DNA of 62,720 nucleotides, counting the filler, from Choristocarpus tenellus KU-1152 (taxonomy: Eukaryota; Protista; Phaeophyceae), in the NCBI GenBank assembly GCA_964200185.2. It is 9 parts of 9 records of this genome, joined end to end, with 100 filler letters (N's around TTAATTAATTAA, not from the genome) between each part and the next. Parts side by side here need not be neighbours in the genome. Positions count along the whole stretch, not along the records: positions 22,640 to 27,865 come from CAXNAD020011432.1; positions 27,966 to 44,245 come from CAXNAD020000850.1; 7 more parts are not named here. One strand, written 5' to 3'. This document shows positions 25,360-37,968 of this stretch, piece after piece. Position 1 is the stretch's first letter. The number at the start of each line of letters is the position of its first letter. Made by a program: the position numbers and the translations under genes. Under the pieces are notes generated by a model. It was not told the origin of the DNA and searched no databases. It was given only the letters and a program-made list of their open reading frames with translations.

Positions 25360-26050
25360 CCTAGCCCTTCACACACCAAGTCAGTCACAAGACATACATC
25401 CAGCTTCCTAAATGAAATACTACTACAATTTTTTTAATCTTTTGAGGTATGACAAAGGACACCAAATTTAGTTCATGTTCACGTTCATATTTTTTGAGGT
25501 ACACTCCTCCATCAGACGTTCGTCCTTCATGAGCCGAGAAAGCAACAACAACCTGTCTTCTGTCGTACGACATAACATGTCAACTCATCTCGTTTTTGTC
25601 CTAGCCCTTCACACACCAAGTCAGTCACAAGACATACATCCAGCTTCTTAAATGAAATACTACTACACTTTTTTTAATCTTTTGCCGTATGACAAAGGAC
25701 ACCAAATTTAGTCCATATTCACGTTCACATTTTTGGAGGTACACTCCCCCATCAGACGTTCGTCCTTCATGAGCCGAGAAAGCAACAACAACCAGTCTTC
25801 TGTCATACGACATAACGCATCGACTCGTCTCGTTTTTGTCCTAGCCCTTCACACACCAAGTCAGTCACAAGACATACCTCCGTCTTCTCTAATGAAATAC
25901 TGTAACACTCTTTAAAAAACCATATGCTGTACATTAGAGGATACCAAATTTTGTTCATGTTCACATTAACATCTTTCGAGGTAAACTCCTCCATCAAACG
26001 TTCGTCCTTCATGAGCCGAGAAAGCAACAACAACCTGTCTTCTGTCGTAC
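25360..26050. repeat. Tandem repeat, 240-bp unit, about 2.9 copies
   Basis: CCTAGCCCTTCACACACCAAGTCAGTCACAAGACATAC recurs at 25360, 25600 and 25840; the third copy is more diverged. Confidence 0.92.
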
Positions 26051-26397
26051 GGGCAGAAATCGTAAATCCGTGTCATTTTCATGGCTTACAGAACACTTTC
26101 TAAATGTTTTCCATGTCCACTGCATCGAACCTAAATACTCGATGCTCACGTGTCGAAGATAGACAAGCAAAGCAAAAAAACAGTCAACACAGTCTCTGAC
26201 TTTCCAACATAACAATTCTCACACGTATTCGGTACCACCCAACCTTACCCTGGACGATCCTATACACTGTGAGCATGTTTTCTAAGCGCCCCCTCGACTG
26301 AAGAACGTGGCAACGTTCTCCATGTTCGTATCTTCAATCTACAACTCAAACGTAAAGGGAAACAAAGTCCCACAACCCACACAGCATCCTATCTTCG

Positions 26398-27149
26398 TTG
26401 CCCCTCAGAAAGCGGACATTCAAGACACCGCCCAAGACCAGTACCCTTCGATCCCACAAGAAATATAGGACTGCCCAGACCATGGACCTGTTCATCTCCA
26501 TGCTTGTCGACCATAACGGTCAACACGAGGGCGAACGAGGCAGATACACATGGAACGATCTTGCCTCTTGGTTCTTGGACAAGAGAACGAAGTTCGCCCG
26601 GTGGCAAGCGCCCTACAACTAGTGCTGACTCAGGAGGAACGTGATTCTACACCCGATCCTCAGGTCAAGACCTTCCTAGAATGTCTCAAGCAAGATCTTA
26701 GCACAGACCATACTCGTCAAGTATACAACTCCATCCTGGTGGGCATTGCTCCCGATATTGATGTACATGGAGATGGGATGAGCTCAACCTTTCACCCACA
26801 TCTCTACGACACAGCAAAAATGTACAACATCAAATTCGAAACGCCCAGCTCTTCCGCGACGAAACGCGCGGAATTCATACGTGATGTACAACAGCAGAAG
26901 CATCACAATGCCGCGCCTTCACATGACGCTGGAGGATCGCCTGTCATGTCTGGTACCCACGCCGCGCTGTCCCCTACACCGAGCGTCACCCACAGGTACG
27001 AAAGTATGTACTCACAGGCGGTCAACAGTGTCTGCCGCACAGGGCAGCATCAAGGGGGAAAACCCATGCTATACCTAAGCCAATTATTTACCCTTACAAA
27101 ATCGAGCTTAACAAATTTTACGAAATTTCCTAGGTCTCACAGTGTGTAA
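26398..27149 (+). pseudogene. Intronless overlapping/frameshifted ORF pair of unknown origin (possible TE or virus relic)
   Basis: 74-aa and 199-aa ORFs overlap in different frames with coding-like composition, directly downstream of the tandem arrays; no family recognised. Confidence 0.3.
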
Positions 27150-28498
27150 CTACTAATGTCTATTCCAAATGTTCCATTATTTCCAGGAGTACATTGAATA
27201 GGGCAAGCAACATAGCTTATATGTACGTTGATCTTTAGTTTAGTACAATACAAGGCAGTAACGTACACAGCGGTATGTTATGGTGAGTTAGTGGGGCATT
27301 AGTGGGACAATAGTATCAAGTGGACAATACCCCACAGACAATTAATAATTCAGTGTATGCTTTACCATGTAATTCAACTGCTAGCTTCCGGCGACGAGCC
27401 TTATGTGCGCCAAGCTTTTCAACACGCTTAAGCGCTTAAGACAAACTCTGGCCAGAGGAGGCGCAGTCGAACTGGTTTTTGAATTAGGTATTGCGTCACT
27501 CATGGCTTCTGATGGGTCTCACACGGGGTCAGAAGAAACTCATCAGAGTGGGTGATAAAGATTTAATCTAGAAGGAAGTTTTGGATGAAGATGAGATCAC
27601 CAAGGCCAGCGTTCGAGAGCTACGTCACAGCAAGCTGCTCATTCGCGCTACTTCTCACTCCAACGAGAGGTAGGAGATCGTGGAGAGCCCGGGAGTGCTC
27701 TGGCCGCGAGGACCGTGAAAAAGTCTGGCCGAGGTGGCAGCCGGGGTACGACTGGTCATCGTATTGACCCTGGGATGACAGGATCCCGTTCCAGGGGGCT
27801 TACCAAGGCCCGAGAGACTTGTGATATGTGTGGATTGGTGAAGCATTTCGGTTCCAGTAAATCTGNNNNNNNNNNNNNNNNNNNNNNNNNNNNNNNNNNN
27901 NNNNNNNNNTTAATTAATTAANNNNNNNNNNNNNNNNNNNNNNNNNNNNNNNNNNNNNNNNNNNNCCCCCCCTCGCCTCACATCCTTCATTCCCGTGAAA
28001 GAAGCACAAGGAACGGGCACGTAGCCCCACACCCGCTGCAACTACCACCACCCCTCCCTTCATCTTGCTCAAACAATAGCAAGTCAGGTACTATTCCTAA
28101 ACAACAAAAAGCCCCTCAGCTCACTGCTGAAGTGTGAAATGCGAAATGTGGCGCTTCAACATAAACTTCTGCTACACACATGGTCTGACATAAACTCCTG
28201 GTCAGTCCACCGCTGCACCGAACAAAACATAAATTGGCTCAGGACAATGTCGTGCTACATCCACATCAAGTCCTTCAAACCAAACGTACTCACAATCTTC
28301 ATATCCTACCTCATGCTATAGAGAGGTTGTGGAGTGGGCAATGCACAACGACAGTGAAAAATAAGGATGATAGTACAATAGGTGCAGCATATTAATTACA
28401 CCAGCGGGTATACATCATACCCCTGCTATCGACACACCAAAAAAAAAAAAACTCTTCTTGTTGGTAGCAAACTCTACAAATCTTCAAAACCCAGCGAC

Positions 28499-31402
28499 CT
28501 GAGCAATTTTGAGCCACGCATTATTTTCGCCATCTCCAAGGCCGTGTCTCAATACTCTCCCTGTGTGGGATGGATGGTCATCAAACCCCGTCGAAACAAT
28601 CCCTTCCTCAAACCTTCAAAAGGCAACTCACCTCCACCTCTTCTGCCTCTCTGTCCATCTCCCGCCCCACTGCCTCCAGCTCCTGCCCTCCAGCGATATC
28701 CTCAGCAGCGTAAACCTCTTCCACACGTTCTGCTTTCTCATTGAACAAAGGCAGGAAACGCCTGCGTGCCTCCATCACGGCATCTCGAGTGCCATCTGCC
28801 TTTTCCCCAGGTGCAGCACCTGTCGAGCACAGATAAGCCATGGCATGCAGTAGGGTGCAGAAGTGGGAATGGTGGTTAGGGGGAGAGGTCTGAGGTCTGA
28901 GGACATAAAAGTTTGAGTCCAATAGCAAACACCATTGGTTAGATATCAGTGAGGCAAGGGTTTCCCAGGGGAGGGGGGAGGGGGGAGAGACGACAGTGGG
29001 TCTGCATTGTGGTTTCAAGATGGGGATCGAGTGGGATTGAATTGCGGCATCAAACAACATGCAGACATTCATCACCACTGTATAACAGCCTTTGGAAATA
29101 CAATTCTCCACTCTGGAGGGTTGGAGTACTCAAGCTACCAATCCAGCTTGATCCACATGCAACCATCACCTGAACCCACCCCCACCCTGAAAGCCTCCAA
29201 ACCCCAAGCCATCTTCTCCCCTATTGTGGCACATGTGTCGAGATATGTATCAATCAGCCTTCAACCACATCTCCTCATGTGTGCACACGCCTACCAACAC
29301 AGCATGGTGGCATCTCAAGAAAAAGTGGACACATCTAGTCATCAGAGCATTTGTTGTTGCTGAAATGGCTCTACCCTCCCATTTCTCAGCAGCATCTACT
29401 GTACAGATGCGTTTTGGTAGCACAGTTGTTGAGAGGTGCACAGTAGTAACACACTTGACACCACTCAACACACCATCGTCCCCTTTCTCCTGAAGTGCTT
29501 GCGCCAACACTCTTGACAGAGAGCCACCTCCCACCACGCTATCCACCTTGATCACATTAGCATCACGGGCCCTAGGACAAGGGTGAAGGGGTTTATGTGA
29601 ATTTTAAGAATTGGTGACTGGTTGAACAAATTATGGCTCTGGGTGAAGTCTGCATGGATGGGTTTGTGAGTGGATTGATAGGTAGTACAGGGCAAATGGG
29701 GAAGGGGATGTTACAACATTGAACAACCCTACCACAGACCCTTAAAAAACAAATCTTGAAGATATCTGGACTATATCCTTATTGGTGGCAATGTTTCACA
29801 GGGCAGTCGTGCCTCTGAGCATATCCTGTCCACTCCTCTCCCTCTCTCTTTTATCCGTCTACAAGAGCAGTTACTTTTTCACGGAGCACTTGCATTCACA
29901 AAACTACCCCCTTCTGACCAGGTCTGCATACATGCCACTACTTCAATGCAGCCCTGAGCCTCTCAAGTACTGAAAGCTGTGTTTAGACTAATATTAATAT
30001 TGAGGGCGTGTATGCAATCACAACGCAGTAAGTAGTATACATACAGAGGTACAAAATGTTATCAATTCCTGCTATCTGAGTAGGAGGGGAACGGTAAATA
30101 GAGGCCACTGGTCAATCTTCAATCCTCAATAAGGGGGAACCAAAGCACACATGATGTTGCATAAGGCAGTAACGATTTTTTTTTACCTGATGAGAGCCTT
30201 CTTCTTCTTGCTGCCAAACTGGTTGATCAGTGTGTCCTTTTGTTCTTTCCACTCCATATGTTCATTGGCATAGGTTGCCACTGCCTCCTCTTTACCTGCA
30301 ACACTCTGGCGCAATGCAAAGGCATGTCCAGATTTGTAGAGTGTAATCTCACCACTGCCTTCATCGTGCACACCAACCATGTAACTGTCTCCGACGCAAG
30401 GAGAGATAAAGAGTTTGGTGGTGTGGTGGAGATAGCGGTTAGGTGAGGAATGACAGTCGAACGGCACTTCCGTTAAAAAAAAACTGTTGTGCCAGGTTAA
30501 GGGGTTTAAGCAGGTTCAAAACAAGAGTTGTTTGAGTTCTAGCTAGCATTCGAAGGCTATGTGATACATGGAAAGGAATAGTATTGAATTAAACGTCTGG
30601 GCTGGGTGGGAAAAGAGAATGCAATGATACCACGGCAATCAAATGGCTTTATCAGGCTCTGGAATCCAAGAATCGTATAGATTTCAAGCGATTGGCCTCT
30701 CACCTGCACAGATCATTATCTTCGGATCCTGGTCCAAAATTCATGCCCCAATAGTCCATCCTGACCGCAAGGAACGGGGTCAGAAGATAAAGGTAGTCGG
30801 AGGCAAGTTAAATGAGACAACGCATACGTTGCATATTGACGGCGATGCTACAGTAGTGATCTAGATAAATAGTTGAATGGAAACGACAAGATGGATCCCT
30901 GGGGCTTGGAGAGGGTGCATGCTCCTCTCCCCGTAGACCACTATCGCATGGCTTCGCTAGGGTGTCACCCTAGGTGGATGTAGGTCTACCTTCGACCTCG
31001 CAACTTCTCAAGTCCCAAAACTTACCTTGACCCCTCGCCCATTACCACTCTCTGCTTTCCGCTCTCGTTGTTGTCGCCATGAACGACAAACCTCAAGTCT
31101 TCGATGTCGAGGGGCAAGACTTGATTTGCGAAAGATATCAATATAGGTCCTATGGTATTTTCCGGAGCAAGGCGAAGGACAGCTTCGGTAGCACGCTGAT
31201 CTGCAATCTCAATGTTTGCATCCCCCTTGTTTCTCTGTGCATCCTCCACCTCCTTCTGGGACTTAGACCCATCGGTCTCAACACCCACCTCTGAGGCGAG
31301 GCTCTTTTTGTGCTTCTTCTTCTCCTTCCGTTCCTTTCGCTTCAATTTATTTTCCTTCCTATCCCCTTCTCCCGCACCAGCTTGGTGACTCCTTTTCCCC
31401 AT
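28499..31402 (-). CDS. RPA49: RNA polymerase I subunit A49/PAF53 (RPA49/POLR1E); 3' part missing at contig edge
   Basis: Exon 1 31402-31026 (Lys-rich N-terminus, GPILISFANQ...QRVVMGEGS), then MDYWGMNFG, YMVGVHDEGSGEITLY...TLINQFGSKKKKALIR, ARDANVIKVDSV, RRFLPLFNEKAERVEEVY. The FGSKK and LP.xN..A...EVY motifs are typical of A49. Confidence 0.82.
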
Positions 31403-31571
31403 TCTCTTTCATCGAGTGGTGGAGTAGGCAGGCAAACCTTGATGGGAAACGGTTATCGAAGGTGGGTTTGATAAAAAGTAATAATGCCTCCCTTGTTTTG
31501 GTGGGTTGTAGCGTGAAGTCAATGGTCGAGTCGACTTCACGCTACAACCTACCAAAGGATCATCTTTAACT
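31403..31571. promoter_or_regulatory. 169-bp bidirectional promoter/5' UTR region between RPA49 and NOP10, containing a 24-bp inverted repeat (31497-31520 / 31533-31556)
   Basis: Divergent ATGs at 31402 (-) and 31572 (+); TTTGGTGGGTTGTAGCGTGAAGTC ... GACTTCACGCTACAACCTACCAAA. Confidence 0.75.
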
Positions 31572-32043
31572 ATGCATCTCATGTACTACTTGGAGAATGG
31601 CAAGCGGAAGTACACACTGAAGGTCAGTACGACCATATTTGGGCGTGCTAAGCCCTACAACCACATGACGCGTACAATGTGTTGATTTACCACCCATGCA
31701 AGTTGGTTTGTAGAGGGCGAAAGAAACTTAACAGCCTATCTCATATCCACCAATCTAATTATCTCAAAGCTCTTGATTTTTCACTGTGTGCTCCATCTGA
31801 GCCCAGGGAATGCATGAGTGCTTGTGTACACTTTTTGTCCTCCAAATCCCCAATTGCGTTTCTTCCCCTTCCCCGCACTCTCCCCTCCATCACGATCTGC
31901 AGAAAGAAGTTCCTGATGGATCGCCCAGTACATCTGCACACCCTGCACGCTTCTCACCTGATGACAAGTTCTCAAAGCAGCGAGTGGCCATCAAGAAGCG
32001 CTTTGGCATCCTACCCACACAGCAGCCTCCGCTGCAGTTGTGA
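31572..32043 (+). CDS. NOP10: H/ACA snoRNP subunit NOP10, 2 exons (31572-31622, 31903-32043), 63 aa
   Basis: Spliced product [63 protein letters not shown]; the YTLK and [12 protein letters not shown] motifs are diagnostic. Confidence 0.97.
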
Positions 32044-34184
32044 CCAAGTTGGTCCGTGTTGTTGGCGTGGCCCATTCACTCCCATGCACCGGTCTTGTAG
32101 CCAAACTTGACCTAGAGGAGTAGGTGACTTCTCAGTCACTGCTTTCCTCGGCGCTGCTCCTATCTTCTTCACACCCCGTTGCACCGCCAATGTATATTTT
32201 TCATCTAGGGGCAAGCAACTGCTGTCTTTTGTCACTTCAGTCCTATTTCATTGCAGGACTCAGTCTAATATAGAGGTGGTAGATACTTGATCAGGAGCTA
32301 TTGAAGGGGTTGTCCCTCTGTGTTGCTTGATCCAGCTTTTGTGCCATTAGGATTGTGTGGGAGTCTGTACCTTTTGGGGGGCTGCACAAGCGCAGCCTAC
32401 CAGTCTCTGGGATGATTTTCTCTCCCTCAGTAGAATTATGGCAACCATCGTTTCTACGTAATTCGTAGAGTTACATTGTGAATATGCATTTTGGATTACC
32501 TCATGTATGTTACTGCTTGTATTGGTCACCGAATAGTGAAAAGGCACTAGTACGTACACCGTGGATTGAGTGCCCATGGTGCTCAACTGCCTGGACAAGA
32601 TCGTTGTTGGGCATTGTGCAACAGTTGCACTTGACAGATCATACATAATTTCTCCCCCAACCAAATTAGGATGCCCTTATCATCCCATATACCTCAAGTT
32701 GCCATTATTCCATATGAAAGTGAGTGCACTTGATCAAACCCCTTCATTGAAGCAGGATGTGAAGCCAGATCAGTTGCATGGTGTCTTGGTGACAGTTGTG
32801 TGTGGTCTCACTGTGTAGAGCTCTACCACTACAGTTACAATCAATAGGCAGTGCCCTTCCTCAAGGGTTATGCTTTGGCTTTTCCAATGCTCTTTGCCAG
32901 TCCATAGTAAAGTGCTAGAGTTTGTTGTTGCATGCACACATTCCAAAACCTTGTCTGGAATAGATTCTCCTATTTGGCTGGTTCATTAGCATCAGGTGAT
33001 AGATCCACACTCTGATAGCATCACTGCTGGATACATTTGTGTCCTTTGCATCGCAGAGTTTTGCGCATGTATATTCCCCATGCACCCTAACTTGGAACAC
33101 CATCATGTGAAGTTGGTGTGGAATTCGAAATTCAGCTCAGGCCAGCTTCTTTCATCATCAATAGCCTGCGTTCCTAACATCAGTGGCAGAAATTTTCTCA
33201 AGCCTAATGTGTTTGTGCTTAAACTCTCCTTGTTCCTTACTTGCTTACTGGTCCCTCATCTTTCATGATGGGTATCTGCACCTTTGGTTATTGTCTCCAA
33301 TTTCTAGTTTATCAAACAAGCAAGAGGCTTTGGAGGAAGACTTTCTTCCAACCAGGGCTATAAATGTTGCTCCAGTTTGGTCTTCTGGTACGTTAATTGA
33401 GAAAAACTCAGAATTCCAACTGGAAAAAATGTATTGTGGCTTTTTTCGTCTGTGGGGCAGAAAAGGATAGCATCTTGCTGACTTGTCACTAGTGGAACTC
33501 TAGGCTGGTGGGGATTGAAGCATTGGGCCATCCTACCTGGTTGGGCGCCATTTCTATAATTTATCAGAGGGCGGGTAACAATTCTGTAAAAGATGTGGGA
33601 AGATGTTAGAGTACTACCTCTGTATATTGCTCGACACCTATCTAGTACCATATTGTGATCCGGAAGGGTGATAAACTGAGGTTAGAGACTGATTCTGGAC
33701 CACAGTATGGCATCCAGTCTTTCAACGGCAATACATTTGCACAGGTTTTTCTTCATAGCGTGTCAACAACAGTACCCTCTCTTTAAAGTTGAACCAGAAA
33801 CTCGATGCATGAGGGGCGGAACAGGTGGGAGGATAGTCGCTACCTGGTGATAAACGTAATGTCTTGAGTCTGAGGTATTGAAGAGGGGCAGGAGGCAAAG
33901 GGAGTACAGGTCAATAAAGTTGCAGCCGCAACAAGTCTTTAATTCAATCAGCAGAACAGAGGGAGCAGACGTGCAATAGTGCTGCCTTTGCAGTCTGGAA
34001 TGGAAGTCAAATTTTGCCTAACTTGTATAAAATCGCCAGGGTATACATTCCCTTTCAGCACATGTCATCAGTAGAATGTAGGCAAAGACTTTTGAGCATT
34101 CTTTGATTCCAAAAAAAGAAAGGCATGGACATGGAACTCTTCAACTCCCAAGACATTGCTGAAGGCAATGGTCATTCATTTATA

Positions 34185-35161
34185 CTCCCTCTGTCCCATA
34201 GGTCTGCCCCGTTAAGGTTTTTTGTGAGCTTTATCAAGTGTGAGATTCAGAAATAACAATCGTATCGTTCAAAAGGCAACAACCTCGGCTTACACATAAA
34301 TAGCTTGAAAATGTTTTTTCTATTCGAAATGGTTGAGAAACCACCCCCTGAACACGAACTTTTTTTTCGGAAATGGCAGATTCAGTAATAACCGACCAAA
34401 AATGGCTGGAAATGATGGTTAACCGGCCATAACATCTCAACGAGACCTTCGATGAAGACGGGGTTAGTTGCGTCAGATTCCTTGGCGTTTTTGCATTAAA
34501 ATAATTACTCGTCATTCTCATCTCCACCTCAATCCACCAAGTTGTGACCGCGTTGTACGGGTCTCTGTCAATGGGGATCAAGTGATCCAGAACGCCCTCA
34601 GGAGAAAATGAGAGTGACGAGTAATTGACTTGATGCAAAAAACGCCAAGGAATCCAACGCAACTAGCTGCGTCTTCATTGGAGGTCTCGATGAGACGGTA
34701 TGCCCGGATAACCATCATTTCCATCCATTTTGCCCTGTTTTGCTGCTTTTCCTAAACCTGCTATTTCCCTAATTTCCTATTTCCGAAAAAAAAGTTGTTT
34801 ACAGAGGGGGGTTTCTCGACCATTTCGTAATGAAAAAAAATGTTCAAGGTATTTATGTGTAAGCCGAAGTTGTTGCCTTTCAAACGATATGATTTGTTAT
34901 TTCTGAATTTCACATTTGAAAAAGTTATTTGCAAAAAAACAAAACCACACAGATCTATAAGAAACCAAGAGTAGTATATGACCCATTTTGTATTCCATTA
35001 TTTCGGAACCATTTCAGAACAGAAGTATTTTTAGAATCCTTTGATATGTAGTTTTTTTATGTGAAATATCTCAAGGAATCCAACGCAAAAATTCGTTTTG
35101 TAATTGGAGGTAATTCCGAAGAGCTACAACTTAACGCCCAAGACCTATGGGGCAGAGGGAG
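34185..35161. mobile_element. Non-autonomous Tc1/mariner (Stowaway-like) element with TA TSD and long subterminal inverted repeats
   Basis: TA|CTCCCTCTGTCCCATAGGTCT ... AGACCTATGGGGCAGAGGGAG|TA (21-bp TIR, 1 mismatch); about 34230-34375 is an inverted copy of about 34778-34925. Confidence 0.85.
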
Positions 35162-36824
35162 TATGTTGTACCTGATAGAGTTGAACCGTAAGAAGAGGAG
35201 GGGTAACCCTTGATCTGAAGCAATGTGCATTTGGGGAGAAGGATAACCTCGAATGGGAAAAGACGTCCTTCTCTGATGATGAGAGCAACCAGCAGTTCAG
35301 CATGACTAAGCTGTTGTCAAGAAGGTGACCAAAGCGTCACATACAGCAGCAGTGTGATGGGGTGTAGGCAGGTCTGGACCCTTTTGCATTCTGATCTATC
35401 TTTCTTACCCTGTACATATGCTCAATTTCGTTGCAAAATGTACACAATAGTCTACGCAAAATCGATATTCCTCAAATCCACTCACAAAGTGAAACGCAAT
35501 TCAACAAAGACTCTTTTTGCAACTGTACAAAATTGCATATTTTTGCCCTTCTTGGGATCCTTAAAATGCAACCATGCCTACCTCTCAATTGGCTTGGCTC
35601 AATCCAGAGGGGAATATATTGTGTGCTTGCGACAATAGTCAAGCTAGATGTGCTACATGCAGTGATACTCATGCACACCTCAAGCTGGGTTTGCTGGGTT
35701 TCTTTGGAAGGGAATATTTTCACCTATCTATGTTGCAGAAACTAGCCGTGAGCACAAGCTAGAACGAGAACACCGAAAGATATGCATACACAGCAGAGGC
35801 ATTAATATCCAGACAACACCTTCAGGGTTAATTCTTTATTGCAACATGTCCAGAGGCTTGGATTCCGGGGGATGTCGGTTGTTGTATTTTTGTTGTGATG
35901 TGGGGTATTGGACTTGCAGTTGCGATACATCCAAGTAAGTGGTGTTTTGATGGGATATTGTTGCAAGGTTAGAGTTGTGGTGGATGCGGATACATGTTAC
36001 AAACATACAAGTTGAAATGCATCAAGATGTCGCTGTGTTTGTGCTGTTGTAGTGCATATTTGATATTGATAGCTCTTTCCCCCTCTTTTTATGGATGCAT
36101 TTCAGTGTAAGTTATTAGACATCTTTCCAATTAAATTACAGATTCTCCGTATCTAAAATTTACTAATCCAGTAATCAAGTTACAGCGTCTAATAATATTT
36201 TCTATTACAATGCGTTTTTTAGAAATCAGCTGGAGTAACACCTCGAAATATATGGCATTAGCTAACGTCAGAGCTGTGTTTACCTGTTCAGAATTGTTAT
36301 GGCTTATAGAGGTTAGAACTTGACGTACTGCTATTGCGCCGATTAATGCCCCCAGGAGCCATGCCTGTGAAAACGATACGGGTGGAGGATGTTGATGGTG
36401 TTGGTGTTTGCTGAGTTGCACTGATGACGTAGATGTGACATGTAATACATTCTATCTGAATTGTGCTGATTTGGCAAGGTGTTGTTATATGTGGTGATCT
36501 TGCAACGTATTGTTGTCTTGTGAAAGGAGGCTCTTTTAAAAGCAAACGTTTCAATGTAGTCCGGCAGGTAATGCAGTAATGACCATGTGTAGAAAAAAAA
36601 AATGATCGGCTTGTCTGTCTCACTCTCGTTTTTGTTTTGTTTTAGCACCAGAGTTGCTTTCACAGGAATGTGAGCTAGATACTAATTATTATTGTTACCA
36701 CCCTCGCTTACAAACTTGCAAACACACTCACAAAGCTTTGGAACACAATTAGAAGTAGTAGGGTTAATAACCCATGTTCAAAGGGCTTCACATGTACTCC
36801 ACATACATGATATGTTGTAACAAA

Positions 36825-37084
36825 GAGTAAAAGTATCTTAGAGGGTACGAGTTTTGCCCTATTTGTCCATTTGGGGCTTGACTTCCTACAGGTTTATTTA
36901 TGTCATTTTCCTACTCAAAAATATTTCGGAGTAGGTAAAATGTATATGTTATGAAAAGGTGTGTCTGGAACAAGGATATTGACTCTTCCTAACAAAACAC
37001 AATAGCCAAAATTACATACAAACCGGAACATTGGATTTTGGCCACCAAATGGACACGTCCCTACCCTCTAAGATACTTTGGCTC
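36825..37084. mobile_element. MITE family A copy (about 260 bp; TIR GAGTSAAAGTATCTTAGAGGGTA), TSD AAA
   Basis: TIRs and conserved interior shared with at least 11 other copies. Confidence 0.9.
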
Positions 37085-37968
37085 AAATACTCCAGAGTAT
37101 ATTATGGTTAGAGTTATATTTATCAAGTTTTTATGTCAACTACTTTTGGATGTGAAGGAGTAATGAGAACAGGGGTTACAACCCCAACTCACAATGAGAA
37201 GATACACACACACACACACAATCGTGCAATGATACCCTCTTTCACTATAGCTCCCTCCCACTCTCCAAATGTGGTACATTCGCACACATATATTGTAATA
37301 GAACCGATTCCGTATCCTACAAGGCAACACACATACTATACAATGAAGGTAGCACAAAGTTACACCTTGAATTATAATCGCGATCACACTCTCGTCAAAC
37401 ATAGTGTATTTTCGCCATCATTCAGAACAGAGTCCAAGCTTTTAAGTCAAGTTGCTCTTCTTGTTATTACCTTTCCTTTTTGTTTCCATTGCATGTGTGT
37501 GACAAATGATGAGTAATTATCTTTTCGACCTTGATAGGCAAGACTTAACGATTCAGGTTTGTGTGTGTGTGGTATTATCATAGTGTGGTGTATTCACCTG
37601 TGGGTTGTTTTCTTGTCTTTCTTTTTCCTCATTTTTTCTTTCTTTTGTATTCCTTGGTTGTTACCTTTCTCAAGTGTGGAATGGCTTCTTTAGACTACCT
37701 TTTTTGATCTGGGATACTCAGACTACTACTGTTATAAGACGAGCACTATTAACAATAATACCACGATACTACTATTAACATCACAAAACTACTATAAATA
37801 CTGTTGTGCAAAGGAATTTAGTTGACTTCAATGTATTGAATAACATATTTTCTGAGTAAAAGGCCGAGAAATACTCTCCTTGCCAAGTGATGAATCATTA
37901 GACCAGCGAAAAGTCTGCCCTCTGTGCGACATACATTTCTCTTGCGACAGTAGTAGTGTCTTGGTATA

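Noticed and set aside
25360-26050. Possible CRISPR-like array
   Set aside because: The whole 240-bp unit is repeated with no unique spacers and no cas-like ORF; it is a tandem repeat
32300-34100. Possible minus-strand exons downstream of NOP10
   Set aside because: Could not assemble a consistent stop-free spliced frame or recognise any motif
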